DNA from: Octopus sinensis
Lineage: Eukaryota
Length of the DNA stretch: 64,000 nt
Direction of reading: 5' to 3'
Assembly: GCF_006345805.1 (NCBI RefSeq)
Contig: NC_043009.1
Span: 67,704,001 to 67,768,000 of the forward strand
The notes below the pieces were generated by a model. The model saw only the letters and a list, made by a program, of their open reading frames with translations. It searched no databases and was not told where the DNA came from. Made by a program: the position numbers and the translations under genes. Positions 40,418 through 53,790 of this stretch are shown one piece after another; position 1 is the stretch's first letter; each line of letters opens with the position of its first letter.

Positions 40418-41269
40418 TATTGTATATATATGCATGTACGTGTGAATGTGTGTATAAAGTAACATATATCTGGGACATTAATGGGTTTATCCATTTTCTG
40501 CTTACAAGTTCAGACTGTATATCCTCTAGACACTTGTAATATATGCAGTTACATTACCAACATACGCGGTTTGAAGATTCAGCGGTGAAGAGAAGTGGTC
40601 CTTGTATTTCCAAACAATATTGCAATGTAAAAACACACACACACACACACACACATTTCTGTAGCGATTCGAAGTAAGCAATTCCTCTTGGAATAACCAG
40701 TAATATTGGATATTTTACTGTTTAGGCACGTTTCTCGGCGGAAGCAAACATTTTTCCCCCCTTTCAGAGCCGTAGATATATCTCCTTATTAACCACTGTT
40801 TGCTCTCTAAACATTGACAGCTCAATATAAAACGACAAGATGGTTTATCTCCCAATCAAATGCTATTGTATGTGTTGGCACCTCTAATTAGAATTGCCCC
40901 TATTCACTTCATTCAATTTGTATCCCTTTTTTGTTTTCCTTTTGTATTTATTGTTCATTTGATATCATTATTTCAACTGTGATACATCTAATTTCGTAAT
41001 TTATCTCTCACTCATTTCGCCACTGATCCAGTTCGTACATGAAACCGTAGCTTCATTCATTGGTCAATGCTGTGCAGTGTTTCATTTGCTGCGGGAGGAT
41101 GACCAAGAGGATGGAGAAGAGGATTCATTAAGAGTTGTTGTTATGGTATTCGATTCGTAACAAATAAAGAGATACATACACCAATGTAAATTGCTGTTAT
41201 ACGGGATTTATATTGCCAAGTGTATCTCTATATTTTAAATGTAGCAAACACGCGCGTGCGCACACATAC

Positions 41270-41857
<588 letters not shown>

Positions 41858-42081
41858 CGAGCGGAGTGGTGAAATGTTCTTGGCTTTAAGGGTGTCGAGA
41901 AAGGCCTGGCTTGAGGCTCAACATTTTGGGTTCTTTTATAGGGCTTAGAAAATCTGAAGGACAGCTGCAATAAGAGTGTGAATAATCTGTGAGGGAAATA
42001 TGTTGTATAAAAATCATAATTAACTGAAGTTTCTCTGTTTTCTTTTACCCAGCGGCAGGAACTCTTCAGCACCCACCCACG
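41858..42081 (+). mobile_element. Mariner-derived MITE (same family as 10371-10585)
   Basis: TA|CGAG...GAAATGTTCTTGGCTTTAAG...TTTTACCCAG..GCAGGAACTCTTCAGCACCC..CG|TA. Confidence 0.75.
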
Positions 42082-42205
42082 TAGATATAGATAAATATAC
42101 ATATAGCTATATATATGTATATATATATATATACATATATATATATGTATGTATCCATATGTATATATATGTATGTATGTATGTATCCATATGTATATAT
42201 ATATG

Positions 42206-42236
<31 letters not shown>

Positions 42237-42248
42237 ATACCTACGGGT

Positions 42249-42320
42249 ATATGGCGTAGTGGTTAAGAGCGCGGGCTACTAACCCCGAGTTCGATTTCAA
42301 ACAGTTACCTGAATAATAAA
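42249..42320 (+). mobile_element. Short tRNA-derived SINE/tRNA pseudogene
   Basis: TGGCGTAGTGGTTAAGAGCGCGGGCTACTAACCC.GAGTTCGATT; truncated, cannot complete a cloverleaf. Confidence 0.55.
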
Positions 42321-42349
42321 GTAGATTGACAAAATTATATATATATAGG

Positions 42350-42543
42350 TACACTGCAACATAATTTCTTTTCCTCAACAGGCCTTGCCCTGTTTAACAT
42401 TGTCCCGAAAGAGATCAAAGAGAAAAGGATCCCATCAACTTTAAACGGAGTCTGGATAGATTTCTTCAACGAATATTGGATAAGCCACTCATACCTGGAT
42501 ACAACTCAATCAACAAGAACTCACTACTTGAATGGACCATAAA

Positions 42544-42547
<4 letters not shown>
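42350..42547 (+). mobile_element. CR1/L2-group LINE 3' end
   Basis: HNFFSSTGLALFNIVPKEIKE / DPINFKRSLDRFLQRILDKPLIPGY...NSLLEW, typical of a CR1-like ORF2 C-terminus. Confidence 0.65.
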
Positions 42548-42610
<63 letters not shown>

Positions 42611-42612
<2 letters not shown>

Positions 42613-42872
42613 TCAATAATAAAGGTGAAATTAATAATTTAGAAATAATAATTAATTACCAAGTAGAGTTCGGCATGTAACAGACCCATTCAAGGAAGGT
42701 TTAAGTAATACTAAGTAATTAAGGGTTAGCAACGATTTGCCTCACACACACCGAATTTAGAAATAGCAGTCAAAAAGTTTAAGTAGAAAGAATAGCCAAA
42801 ACTTTTTGACTGCTATTTCTAAATTCGGTGTGTGGTGAGGCAAATCGTTGCTAAACCCTTAATTACTTAGTA
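42611..42872. mobile_element. Diverged relative of the 9234-10079 element with a terminal inversion (hairpin)
   Basis: 42611-42780 homologous to 9234-9410; arms 42709-42780 and 42799-42872 are reverse complements. Confidence 0.85.
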
Positions 42873-42911
42873 TATATATATATATATATATTATATAATA
42901 TATATATATAT

Positions 42912-42942
<31 letters not shown>

Positions 42943-43036
42943 ATATATATATATATATGTATGTATATATATATATGTATGTATATAATATATATATATA
43001 TGTGTGTGTGTGTGTTGTGGTGTGTGTGTGGTTGTG

Positions 43037-43074
<38 letters not shown>

Positions 43075-43619
43075 AGAGAGAGAGAAGCAAGCAAGCAGAC
43101 AGACAGAGACAGGGGGAGAGAAAGAAAGTGTATTAGATGTTTGATTTAGAAATATGGTCGCAATTTGATTCCATTAAAATGTCGAAGATACTCTTTTTTT
43201 ATTAATACGCTATAATTGCCGAAAGATAAATGCATCAATATCAATTTTCAGCTTTGGCACAATGCCATAAATTTCGGCAGAGACTGTAATCGATTCACTA
43301 AACCTCTCGGCTTGGCTAGTAATTATTTTATTGGCCGCTGACTCGGCCTCTAATTGGCAGAAATGGTAGAGTACCAGAATAATTATCTTTAGTGTACGTT
43401 CCGGTTCTTTAGTTTCTGAGTTCAAATGCTGTTGGGTCAAATGTTACCGTTTCTTTTTTAACTTTTAAGGGGTCCAGTCTACAGGAAGTTAATTATCGTA
43501 ATCATTACAACATTGCTTACACCATTGACTGAAATTCTATTATATTTCAAACTGCTGACGTATAAGGTCGACTGGTCGAACGAAACTAAGGTCTGGGTGT
43601 ATGTGATCACACACACATA

Positions 43620-44362
43620 TATCATCATCATCATCGTTTAACGTCGGTTTTCCATGCTGGCATGGGCTGGACGGTTCGACCGGGGACTGGCAAGCCAGGC
43701 GGCTGCACCAGGCTCCAATCTGATCTGGCAATGTTTCTACAGCTGGATGCCCTCCGAGTGTGTAATGGGGTGATTTTTTACGTGTCATCGGCACAGGAAC
43801 CAGTCAGGCGGCACTGTTTTTTACTTTCCATTGGAACAGGAGCCAGTCGGGGCGGAAGGACCTAGCATCGACCACGTTCAGATGGTGATTTTTACATGCC
43901 ACCGGCACGTGGAGCCAATCAGGCGGCACTGGCAACGACCCACGCATGAATGTTGCTTATTGCGTTCCACCAGCACGGGACCCAGTTAGGCGGCACTGGC
44001 GACGATCCACTCATGAATGGTGCTTGTTGCGTGCCAGCAGCACGGGAGCCAGTCAGGTGGCACTGACATCGGCCACAACTACAATTTCCATTTTTGATTT
44101 CAATTTGATTGGAATTCTGATTGTAATTTGATTTTGATTTTTGATTTTTGATTTTACTTGACACAATAAGTCTCCTTAGGCATGGCATGTGACCCGACAA
44201 TTCAAAGGTACTTTATTAAATGGGCTGGTTATGCGACACTGGTATAGGCTACGGTCGTGATCTCAATTTACTTGCCGGGTCTTCTCAATCAGAGTATATC
44301 TCTAGAGGTCTCATTCTCTTGTCATCGCCTCTGTGGTGCCCAACGTCCGAAGGTCGTTCATA
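43620..44362 (-). mobile_element. RTE-like LINE 3' end with long 3' UTR, internal tandem repeats and (GAT)n tail
   Basis: Minus-strand NDLRTLGTTEAMTRE*DL*RY..IEKTR C-terminus near 44280-44360; repeated GCACGGGAGCCAGTCAGGCGGCACTG units 43790-44070; (CAT)n at 43620 on the plus strand. Confidence 0.7.
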
Positions 44363-44537
44363 CACGTATATGCGTGTGTGTATCATGTAAACTTTCACAG
44401 TCAGCAGTTCGGTAGCTGTGGGCTAAATTAATCGATTAAATATGCAAAACCACAATATGTAATAACTGCACCGTGCTAAACTATTTTAAGCACATGCTAC
44501 CTAAACAAATTGTTGATAATGCATCTTTATGTTACAT

Positions 44538-44590
<53 letters not shown>

Positions 44591-44616
44591 GGTGTTTCTG
44601 TGTGTGTGTGCTCATA

Positions 44617-44830
44617 ACCATGTGGTTAAGGTGTTGCACTCGATTGCGAGATCACGGTTTCGATTCCAGAAACGGGTGGTCAGTTGTGTTCTTGATCAAA
44701 ACGCTTTGATGGCGGGACTCAGCTAAAGAACAGCAGAAGCGTTTGATCTCGATAAACAAATCGTTTGTGCTGTTCGTTCGGCAAGAAATGGCAGAACCGT
44801 CTTTCGCAGTCTACGAGAGACTACATCAGT
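44617..44830 (+). mobile_element. Degenerate tRNA-derived SINE
   Basis: TGTGGTTAAGG A box, GGTTTCGATTCC B box, GTTGTGTTCTTGA.CAA central motif. Confidence 0.6.
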
Positions 44831-44907
44831 ATACGTGTGTGTGTGTGTGTATGTGCGTGTATGTATATATATATATATGTCTGTGTGTGTGCGTATGTGT
44901 GTGTGTG

Positions 44908-44938
<31 letters not shown>

Positions 44939-45106
44939 TTGAAAAAATGAAAAGAAATGGCTTTCTGATAATTTTTCCGCTTAAATAATTAGATAAACTT
45001 ATAAACCTCTGATTATTAAAGTGGAAAACGCACCATAAAATCTATTTCTATTCATTTCAGAGAGAGAGAGATAATATATATACACACATATATATATATA
45101 TAATAT

Positions 45107-45165
<59 letters not shown>

Positions 45166-45198
45166 GGTTGTGGTGTGTGTATGTAAGTATGTATGTTA

Positions 45199-45261
<63 letters not shown>

Positions 45262-45264
<3 letters not shown>

Positions 45265-46538
45265 AGCTGAGTAAAAAAGTAGCAACGTTTTGAAACATGA
45301 AATTCATCACAATATATTTCAACGACTCGAATGTTATTCCTTAAAGTAAGTATCATTACAATCAACAGATTTTTGCCAACGAATTACAAGTTTGTTTATT
45401 CTGGTATCATAAGCACCTGGAGTCCTGGAGCTGAGGAATTCTTTGAACGCACTTTCAGCATTTCACTTTCTCGCATGAGACCTTCAAGATTCTTGAAAAA
45501 GTGGCAGTCGGTAGGAGAAAGATCTAGGGAATAAGTTTGGTGGGGAAGAACTTCGTAGCCAAGTTCCCTCAACTTCTGGGGCATCATTAGTGAAAGATGT
45601 GGTCGAGCATTGTTATGATTGGCTCTCTTCGGTTGACCAGTTTGAGACGGAAAAGTAGCAAATTTTCCTTCATTCTGGCAAGTTCATGGCAACATGTTTC
45701 TGCACTAATGGTTTTTCCGGCTGTTAAGAAGTTACCACCAAACATTTACCATAAGTACACCAAGCAGTACACCACCAAACATTTACCATAACCTTCTTTT
45801 TGAAGATCTCAGGTGTAGGGAAGGTTTTCGGTGCTTCATTTTGGTCCAACCACTACGAAAAACGTTATTTATTATTGTACAGAATCCACTTTTCATCGCA
45901 AGTCACAATACGGTCGAGACATAGATCGGTCAGGTTACGGAAAAGAAGCGACGAGCAAATTTCATATCTACGCATTTTCTGATTTTCATTCAAATCGTGT
46001 GGTACCCATTTGTCGAGCTGTTTTTGATTTTCCCTTCGCATACAAATGGTTGCAGGTAGTTTTCGAGTTAACTTGAAAATCTTTTGTCCGATCGCGAATG
46101 GTTTTATGTGGATCTTTCTCAATGACGGTCATTAATTGATCGTCATCGATGACAGATGGGCTTCCACTGCGCTCACGATCTTCAAGGCTCACATCTTCAC
46201 TGCGAAATCGTTTGAACCATTTTCGAGCTGACCACTCACTGGTCATTTCCTCACCAAACGTTTCGTTGGTACTGCGACCAGTTTCAGCTGCTTTACGTTC
46301 CTTTTTGAAGTTGAATAGCAAAATTGCTCGAATATCGCAGTTTGACAGTTCCATTTCAGATTATTGTAAAAATGGTGAAAAAATTATCAATGTTAATTTA
46401 TTGATGCATTTGGTCAAGTCTATGTCTCTATCATCAGACGATTGTAAAAAGATGTTTAAAAATAAATTCAAGACTTTGCAAGATTCCGGTACAAATTCTT
46501 TATAGTTCAAAACGTTGTTTACTTTTTACTCAACCTGG
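45262..46538 (-). mobile_element. Near full-length mariner transposon (about 1.28 kb) with 33-bp TIRs in TA
   Basis: TCAAGCTGAGTAAAAAAGTAGCAACGTTTTGAA ... TTCAAAACGTTGTTTACTTTTTACTCAACCTGG|TA. Confidence 0.93.
45340..46354 (-). pseudogene. Mariner (DD34D) transposase pseudogene, Hsmar1/cecropia-like
   Basis: RKWFKRFRSEDVSLEDRERSG (HTH), KWVPHDL, IVTCDEKWILYNN, HNNARPH, LPHQTYSLDLSPTDCHFF (YSPDLAP-like); several frameshifts. Confidence 0.9.
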
Positions 46539-46626
46539 TATATATACGTGTGTGTATATATATATATATAATATATATATATTATATATATATATATAAT
46601 ATATGTATTGATATTGATATTGATAT

Positions 46627-46815
46627 GTGAAGAGGTGCTGGAAAGTTCCTGTGTTTGGGTAAAGAAATACAGGATTATGATTTTCCCCTCTCATATTCCC
46701 CTCTCAGATTTACACATTTATTGCAGCAGTCCTTCATTTTTTCTAAGCCCTGAAGGGGCTCCGACCAGGCCTTTCGCAATACCCTTAAACCTAGGAACTT
46801 TTCACCTCTCCCTCG
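46627..46815 (-). mobile_element. Mariner-derived MITE (third copy, inverted)
   Basis: GGTGCTGGAAAGTTCCTG..TTTGGGTAAAG...CCTAGGAACTTTTCACCTCTCCCTCG|TA. Confidence 0.72.
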
Positions 46816-46834
46816 TATAAATGAATATATATAT

Positions 46835-46876
<42 letters not shown>

Positions 46877-46916
46877 ACACACATACACTACACACCACTG
46901 ACACACACACTTACAC

Positions 46917-46992
<76 letters not shown>

Positions 46993-47023
46993 CATACTTA
47001 CATACATATATACTTTTCTATAC

Positions 47024-47218
47024 TAGGCACAAGGCCTGAAATTTCGGGGGAAGCGGCCAGTCAATTAGATCGACCCCAGTACGCAACTGGTACTTAATTT
47101 ATCGACCCCGAAAGGGTGAAATGCAAAGTCGACCTCGGCGGAATTTGAACTCAGAACGTAGCGGAAATACTGCTAAGCATTTCGCCTGGCGTGCTAACGT
47201 GTCTGCTGGCTCGCCGCC

Positions 47219-47220
<2 letters not shown>
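47024..47220 (-). mobile_element. SINE family A copy
   Basis: Reverse complement of AAGGCGGCGAGCCAGCAGACACGTTAGCACGCC...GAGTTCAAATTCCGCCGAGGTCGAC. Confidence 0.9.
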
Positions 47221-47249
<29 letters not shown>

Positions 47250-47866
47250 CATACATACATAAATGGAATCCAGAGCTTAGCTTTGTTGAACGAACTCACA
47301 AGCAAGGGTCTTAAATAGACCCATATAACTGACTATTCTCCACTTATGTTTTCCGAAGAGTAAGATTAGCAAATAGAAAAGACGGGACTGCATTTAATAA
47401 ACGTATTTTTTGAATGATTATAATACAAGATGAGCTAAGTCAACGTTGGTTCATAATTGAAGTCGCAAATGTAACATTTCGATGCTCTATCGATTTTTAC
47501 ATGTCTTTATGGCTTTATATAATTCACATAGGTTTCAACTTGTGATCGATCACTTTGAAAGGTTTATGTCACATTTCGCCTTTTTTCGTCTCTTTTTTTT
47601 TTTCATAATAAAAGCAAATTAACGTGTTTTTATGGGACGAAAATTCAAAACCGAAGCACATCTTTATTAATTAATTGAGAGAGAAAAATAAACAGAATAA
47701 CAAAAAAACGTTAAGCGTGTGTTATAACACTAACATTTAATGTTTCTTTCAAAGCCCGAAATATCACACACCACACACACACACACAGAAATAATACACG
47801 CACACTCACAGACACAGACACACACATGTATAATATATGTATATATATTATATATATATATATTAT

Positions 47867-47919
<53 letters not shown>

Positions 47920-47920
47920 G

Positions 47921-47951
<31 letters not shown>

Positions 47952-48759
47952 ACCATGAGATAACCTTTAGTTTATTTATTAAAGCCAAGAATTTACTTAA
48001 AGGTTTGTAATTATAGAATTTAGGGATTATATGCTTCTCGAAATCTTCTTTGACAAAAACACCAAACTAGTTTGTGCCTTTGTTCGCATAGTAATCTCAT
48101 CAACGTTATATTTGAAATAACGGTATCGGTGGAACGATTTTAGATGCAAATATTAAGATATTCAACATCAAAACATTCCACTGGCTTTATTGGAAAATAA
48201 ATATCTCTATTGATTTTATCGAAATGAGGAAATCGATACAAAAATCAAATAGATGGATACATCGGTTAGCTCAGCTGCTGAGAACTGAGTGCAAAATAGA
48301 AATACATATTTTAACTAAGTGTCTCTATGGTAGCATTCTATTGGTTGAATTTGTGAATGTATGATTCAGGGTCTGTTGAATGTATGGCCATGTTACATTT
48401 GCTCCTGTTCTACAAATCCATTAACATAAAAGAAGCTTAACAAAGCAAAGAACGATGTGTACATTCGTTCTTTCATATACATAGGTATCGTTCATTTATA
48501 CACCTCTATTTTAGATCTATGTCTATTTATGTACCGAGAAGATATAATTGAAGTTACGCGCCATTCTGGTTTCTTTACTTCAATGATGCCTTTGAGAAAA
48601 TTACGAATAATATGCCTTCGTGCTCTTCCTTTGCGTGATAAAGCGGAGCCCACCTTTTGAGCTTGCGATCTGCTACAGTTAGTGACGCTAGTGACCCAAA
48701 TTTAAGCAAATCACACGCTGACATCATAAAACAATAAAAATAAGGAATAATGCAATCCT

Positions 48760-49060
48760 ACTCCTTTTGGCTGAATCTGGAGGAAGAAGTTGTTCCTGTG
48801 GTCATCACAAACCTTCCAAGGCCAGTGAAATTGGTGCAATCAACCAATGCAGGAAAAATAATGGCAAGAAATGAGTTCTGTGAGGCTGATATTCTGTGAA
48901 GGAAGATATGCATGTAGCGATTAATGCGCAGGAACTCAAGAAGAGAGATGAAAAGAGAAGAGGCAAGCAGGTTGAGTATTCCTATGTAGAGATGGCATAC
49001 ATCTACATAGTTCCAGGATGCAGAGGCCATTGTAGTTGCGGAGATAAGAAAGTATGCTTA
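48760..49060 (+). mobile_element. Possible decayed restriction-like endonuclease domain of an R2/NeSL-group LINE
   Basis: TNLPRPVKLV...EDMHVAINAQELKKR...VPGCRG loosely resembles the RPD...WEE..K..KY...VEVGCRG pattern. Confidence 0.3.
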
Positions 49061-50274
49061 CCTAAGGGGTCAAAAATGGGGGTTAGTTTGACAATCAAGA
49101 AAACCTGTAAATTCGCTTCAGGTTTATTTTCGTCTTCGTTGTTTGTCGGTTTTGTTATTTAGGTTTACTTGTTTAGGATAAAATGTTGCCTCTTTGCTTG
49201 CTTCTGTTTGCTCATAAGTGATTTAAAGCTTTGGGGTATCAAATTCTCATAAAAGCTGGTACAACGGTAGGTCAAGAATGTTTACATTACTTCATTTCGT
49301 AACTCTAAAAGACTGGAAATATTAAAAACTGTCCAAGTGGTAATTAGTTTCTGTATTTTCTCTTCGAATCATTTAAACTACCCGGTTCTCAGTCATGTGT
49401 AAGTGTGGAGTAAACAACATGCGATTAAAATCAAAATTAACACCACAACTATGTCTTTTCTTGTGAAGATAATGTTATTAACAATCTTCTAAAATTATTG
49501 CAGATAATTAAATTTTAAGATTTACTTATAATTCGCTAAACTCTCAACAATTTTAGGTTTTACCTTGTTTCGTTTCATAAAAAAAAACTTTCATTTCGGA
49601 TTCTTTAGAAACAAAATATTTCTGGAGTTGTTAAACGTCTGCTTCATTACACCAAAGTACCAAAGTAGTCACAAGATTTGGTTTTTGCAAATTTAAGTTT
49701 TAATTTTCTTTTATTTCCATTTTTCTATAGATGTCTTTTTCTTCGTCTGGGGTAGCTGTAAGAGGTATTATCATAAAAGGAGTTAGATCCGATCAGGTTC
49801 CAAAATCTTTCGATGTTAATTTTGTTGAATATTGTGAAAATGAAAGCATAGTCTATACAAAAGGGACAAAAGAAAAATTGTTAACATTTAAACAAGCAGA
49901 TGCAATTGCATACACAAATGCAGACATCGACGCTTTCGAAAATAAACAGAAAAATACAAGCGAACACTTTTGCAAAGTAAATGTAAATGCAGACACTAAC
50001 GATTAACAAAAATTTCTCGCCACGTAGACATTAACAAAAATAGCTTGGTTAATATTGCGAGCCAAAAAGAAATCTTAGATAGAGGTCGACCTTCAGAACA
50101 TAAATACTATCGGCGTAGTATGACACAAATAATTTTTTTTAGTTGCCTGACGAATACATAGAAGAATAGAGGTGACAGCAACAGGTTATAATTATTTCAT
50201 GGTGGAGATAGCAGACCATAAAGACTTCGATCTTTCGGTTACTGTTTATCTGCTTACGAGGCCACTTTCTCTTA

Positions 50275-50715
50275 TCATACTTCAACATTTCTCACGGCAC
50301 CAGCAGACAAAATAGAGAAGGCGTTGCCTCACTTGGCATTGCCCCATTTGGCGCTACCCCATTGAGGATGGCGAGCGAGATGCGCTGGAGCAGTCACTGT
50401 GACTCACGGAGCACGCGAACAGCAATCTCTGCCCCGACAGCGGTGAGCAGGATATGGTCGTGGAGGGCGACAAGAGCGTCGGAGATTTCCCCTGTCACAG
50501 GCTCGACCATAAACCTGTCAGAGAGCGACCGATACCTCGACAGTTTGACGAACAGCGGTGCCTGAGATGGTAGCTGACAACACCAAGTGACCGCTGGAGA
50601 AGGTGTCACAGCGTGTGACATCCCAGATAAGAGGTCTACCGCCACGGAACGGGAAAACTGTCAAACCGTCCGACCTTTTACCGTCCCTCGAGCAGGGAAG
50701 GGAAGCCTGCAACAT
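50275..50715 (-). mobile_element. Non-LTR retrotransposon 3' fragment, restriction-like endonuclease domain (CRE/NeSL-like)
   Basis: RDGKRSDGLTVFPFRGGRPLIWDVTRCDT, YRSLSDRF, LLQRISLAI, GNAFSIL: the PD-(D/E)xK RLE signature, with frameshifts. Confidence 0.78.
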
Positions 50716-51339
50716 CTAGGCCATGCTTTATAAACATGACATACTTGAAGCCTCTCAAAAAGTGGAGACCCTTGCCCGATGCGTCGAGTGATGTCTCCGT
50801 TATCTGCCGAGAAATCGTGTTTCTGGATTGCATTCCATGTTATCGACATGCCCTTCGCCGTATCGTTTACTTAATTGTTCAGAACTACTCATGTTTTTCT
50901 TTACATATATATTTATGAATCTCATATCCAAACTTATGAAATTTATAAATGTATTCGGTCAAAGGTCAGGTCAGACCCGAATACTCCGGTAATTTATTGT
51001 GTATGCATTTTGCACTGGAAAGTAATTCAAGTTCTTTATATTGATGCGGATGTTGCTGTCATCGCAACCCTATCCAACCGAACACTTGGTCTTCATATTC
51101 TAAATTTGGTGCAATATTTTGATATTGTTTTATACATTAATGAATGTGTATAATGTTGTAAGACTTGACTTGTGCTTATCGTGCAGTAAAATGAATTGTG
51201 AGATTCATATATCTTCGAAGACACTAACGCCACCTTTTCGATCATCTTCTACCATTCTATTCACCAACAACGCCTGCCAGCGCCAGCAATCACACAATTA
51301 TTCATTCTGATATCTCATTATAATTTATCTTATTGGAAA

Positions 51340-51482
51340 TTTCCTCTTCGCTTAACAACTGATGTCGGTGTGTTTATGTCCCCGAAACTTTGAGGATCGG
51401 CAAAAGAGACCGATAGAATAAGTATTAGGCTTACAAAGAATAAGTCCTGGGGCGATTTCTTCAACTAAAGGCGGTGCTCCAG

Positions 51483-51522
<40 letters not shown>

Positions 51523-51708
51523 CTGTATGGTAAGAAGCTTGCTTTCCCACTACATTGTTCCAGGATCAACCCCACTGTGTGGCACCTTGGGCAAGTGTTT
51601 TCTACTTTAGCTTCGGGCCGACCAATGCCTTGTCTGTGGCTTTGGTAGACAGAAACTGGAAGAAGTCGTTGTATATATATATATATATATTATATATATG
51701 TATATATA

Positions 51709-51739
<31 letters not shown>

Positions 51740-51877
51740 ATATATAATATATTATATATAATATACAACGGACTTCTATCTATCTCTCTGTATGTATGTA
51801 TATATATATATATGTATGCGTGTGTGTGTGTGTGCGTGCGTAGAGAGAGAGAGAGAGAAAGTTAGATAGATAGATAA

Positions 51878-51943
<66 letters not shown>

Positions 51944-52168
51944 GTGTGTGTCTTTGTGTCTGGGGCTCCCCCCCATTAGCATTTGACAACCGCTGTTGGT
52001 GAATTTATGTCCCCAGTTACTTAGCCGTTCAGCGAAAGAGACCGATAGTATAAGTACTAGGCTTTAAAAAAAATAAGCCCTGTGATCGATCTTTTTTCTT
52101 TAGTAAAACCTTTCAAGGCGGTGCTCCAGTATGACCGCAGTCAAATGACTGAAACAAGTAAAAGAATA
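51340..52168 (+). mobile_element. SINE family B tail (51340-51482) plus a full copy (51520-52168) with expanded internal microsatellite
   Basis: Head 51520-51670; TA/TG/GA/GATA spacer of about 270 bp; tail 51945-52168 ending CAAATGACTGAAACAAGTAAAAG. Confidence 0.85.
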
Positions 52169-53274
52169 TATCAATTCACACACACGTTTTGTGTATGAAC
52201 GTTTGTGTGCGTATTTGTGCAATGTGTGTTTGAATATCAGAAATATATATCATTCGTAATTTTAAATGTCTACACAGACCCCTTCAATTGAAGCATGAAA
52301 TTCTACTCATAGCGTTGCGAGAATTTCTGCAGATATTCAGGTAATTCTAGCGCCAGCATTGATGATGTATTACTCGAAATAAAACCAAGTCAAGCATTGT
52401 ATGGCTCCCGATTTGTGCAAGACTAACCTAGCATTCCGAATATTGTTCTATTTATTCCTAAAATTTTCTTTCCAGGTTCTGACTCTTGGTCCCTGTGCAT
52501 GAAGAACATTATGATGCATGGAAGCATTCATATGAAGTGTATGCAATCGATATTTGGTGTAAATATAAGGAAAGTAGGGGAATAGGAAACTAGAGTTTCG
52601 TCTATCTTTATCGCTTCTATCAATAACATTACAATAGGAAATCCGTTCTGCATTCGAGAAATTGCGAAATAGAACGTATTAAGATAAATGAAATACCAAG
52701 TTGCTAAGTGCTATTTATTTTTTATCAAGATTTAGATAGAATCATCAAATAAGATTGATTAAAAGAGAAGCTTGCTGGAGTAGAGAAGTTAATTTCAGAT
52801 TCTTTGATAGAAGAAGATTCACTGCATGCATATTAAATGAAAATATGTGACAAAAACCTTGAGCCATACGTGCGAACGTGTAGCGGTGCTGTTTCTGAAT
52901 ATGCTAGAAATAGCACTCAGATCAGCGTAATATAATCTTCCTCTACCATCTTCAAAACAGGAGGGCTCGTTGGGTGGTCTAGTCCTAATTTTCACCAAAA
53001 TAATTTTCTGTTAAAACTTCTGTTGTTAAGTCTATTAGATTTCGCCAAACCGGCGCAAAATAACGAGGCCAATAACCTGTGGCAAAAACATCATCGCAAA
53101 ATAATGATTAGAGTCTCGCTGTCTTAATTTGAAATCCAAGAAAAGATTCTCATGAAGCAAGGTATGTAAAGAAGACGAAACGAAACAGAAGAAACCCACT
53201 GATGTTAATTAGTGGGACTGATTATTTCAAATATTTGCAAAATCTCAGATAATCACAGCGGAGTGTGATTAGCA

Positions 53275-53348
53275 AATTGGTGATTAGCAAAAATATTAAA
53301 TGTTAGCTAACAATTGGTGATTAGCAAAAATATTAAATGTTAGCTAAC
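53275..53348. repeat. Perfect 37-bp tandem duplication
   Basis: AATTGGTGATTAGCAAAAATATTAAATGTTAGCTAAC x2. Confidence 0.9.
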
Positions 53349-53666
53349 AATATTCTTTGACAAAGAGTAGAGAAAAATCTTTGGAAAGCATACAACAATA
53401 GAAGTATAGCAGTCGTATTGGAGGGTCTGGAAAAAACAGTAATTGGTCTCTGGAATGTACACACAACGAAAACATCTCGTATCATCCGAAAATGAAAGTC
53501 GAATCACACGTATGTTCCCTGTGCATAGATACACCATAACTAGGCAAAATTTACTACACTGCTTCCCTGCACAAGCACACACACACACACACACACACAC
53601 ACCACACACACACGCATATGTATGTTTTAAAACAACTTCACGTCTGTAAAAGCAAGAATATATATG

Positions 53667-53697
<31 letters not shown>

Positions 53698-53752
53698 GTA
53701 TATATATGTATATATAGATCGAATTGATATATCGGTTTCATTCTAGCAAAAA

Positions 53753-53790
53753 CTGTCTGATGAACGGCAACGAGAAACTCAGAGTAACAG
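53753..53790 (+). ncRNA. Type I hammerhead motif in an approximately 180-bp element (53717-53895) within (TA)n
   Basis: ctgt CTGATGA acg GCAA cga GAAA CTC AGA GTA acag; stem I ctgt/acag, GNRA loop II, stem III ACT/AGT. Confidence 0.7.

Noticed and set aside
43790-44070. CRISPR-like repeat-spacer array
   Set aside because: Eukaryotic LINE UTR context, degenerate repeats, mutually similar spacers and no cas genes.
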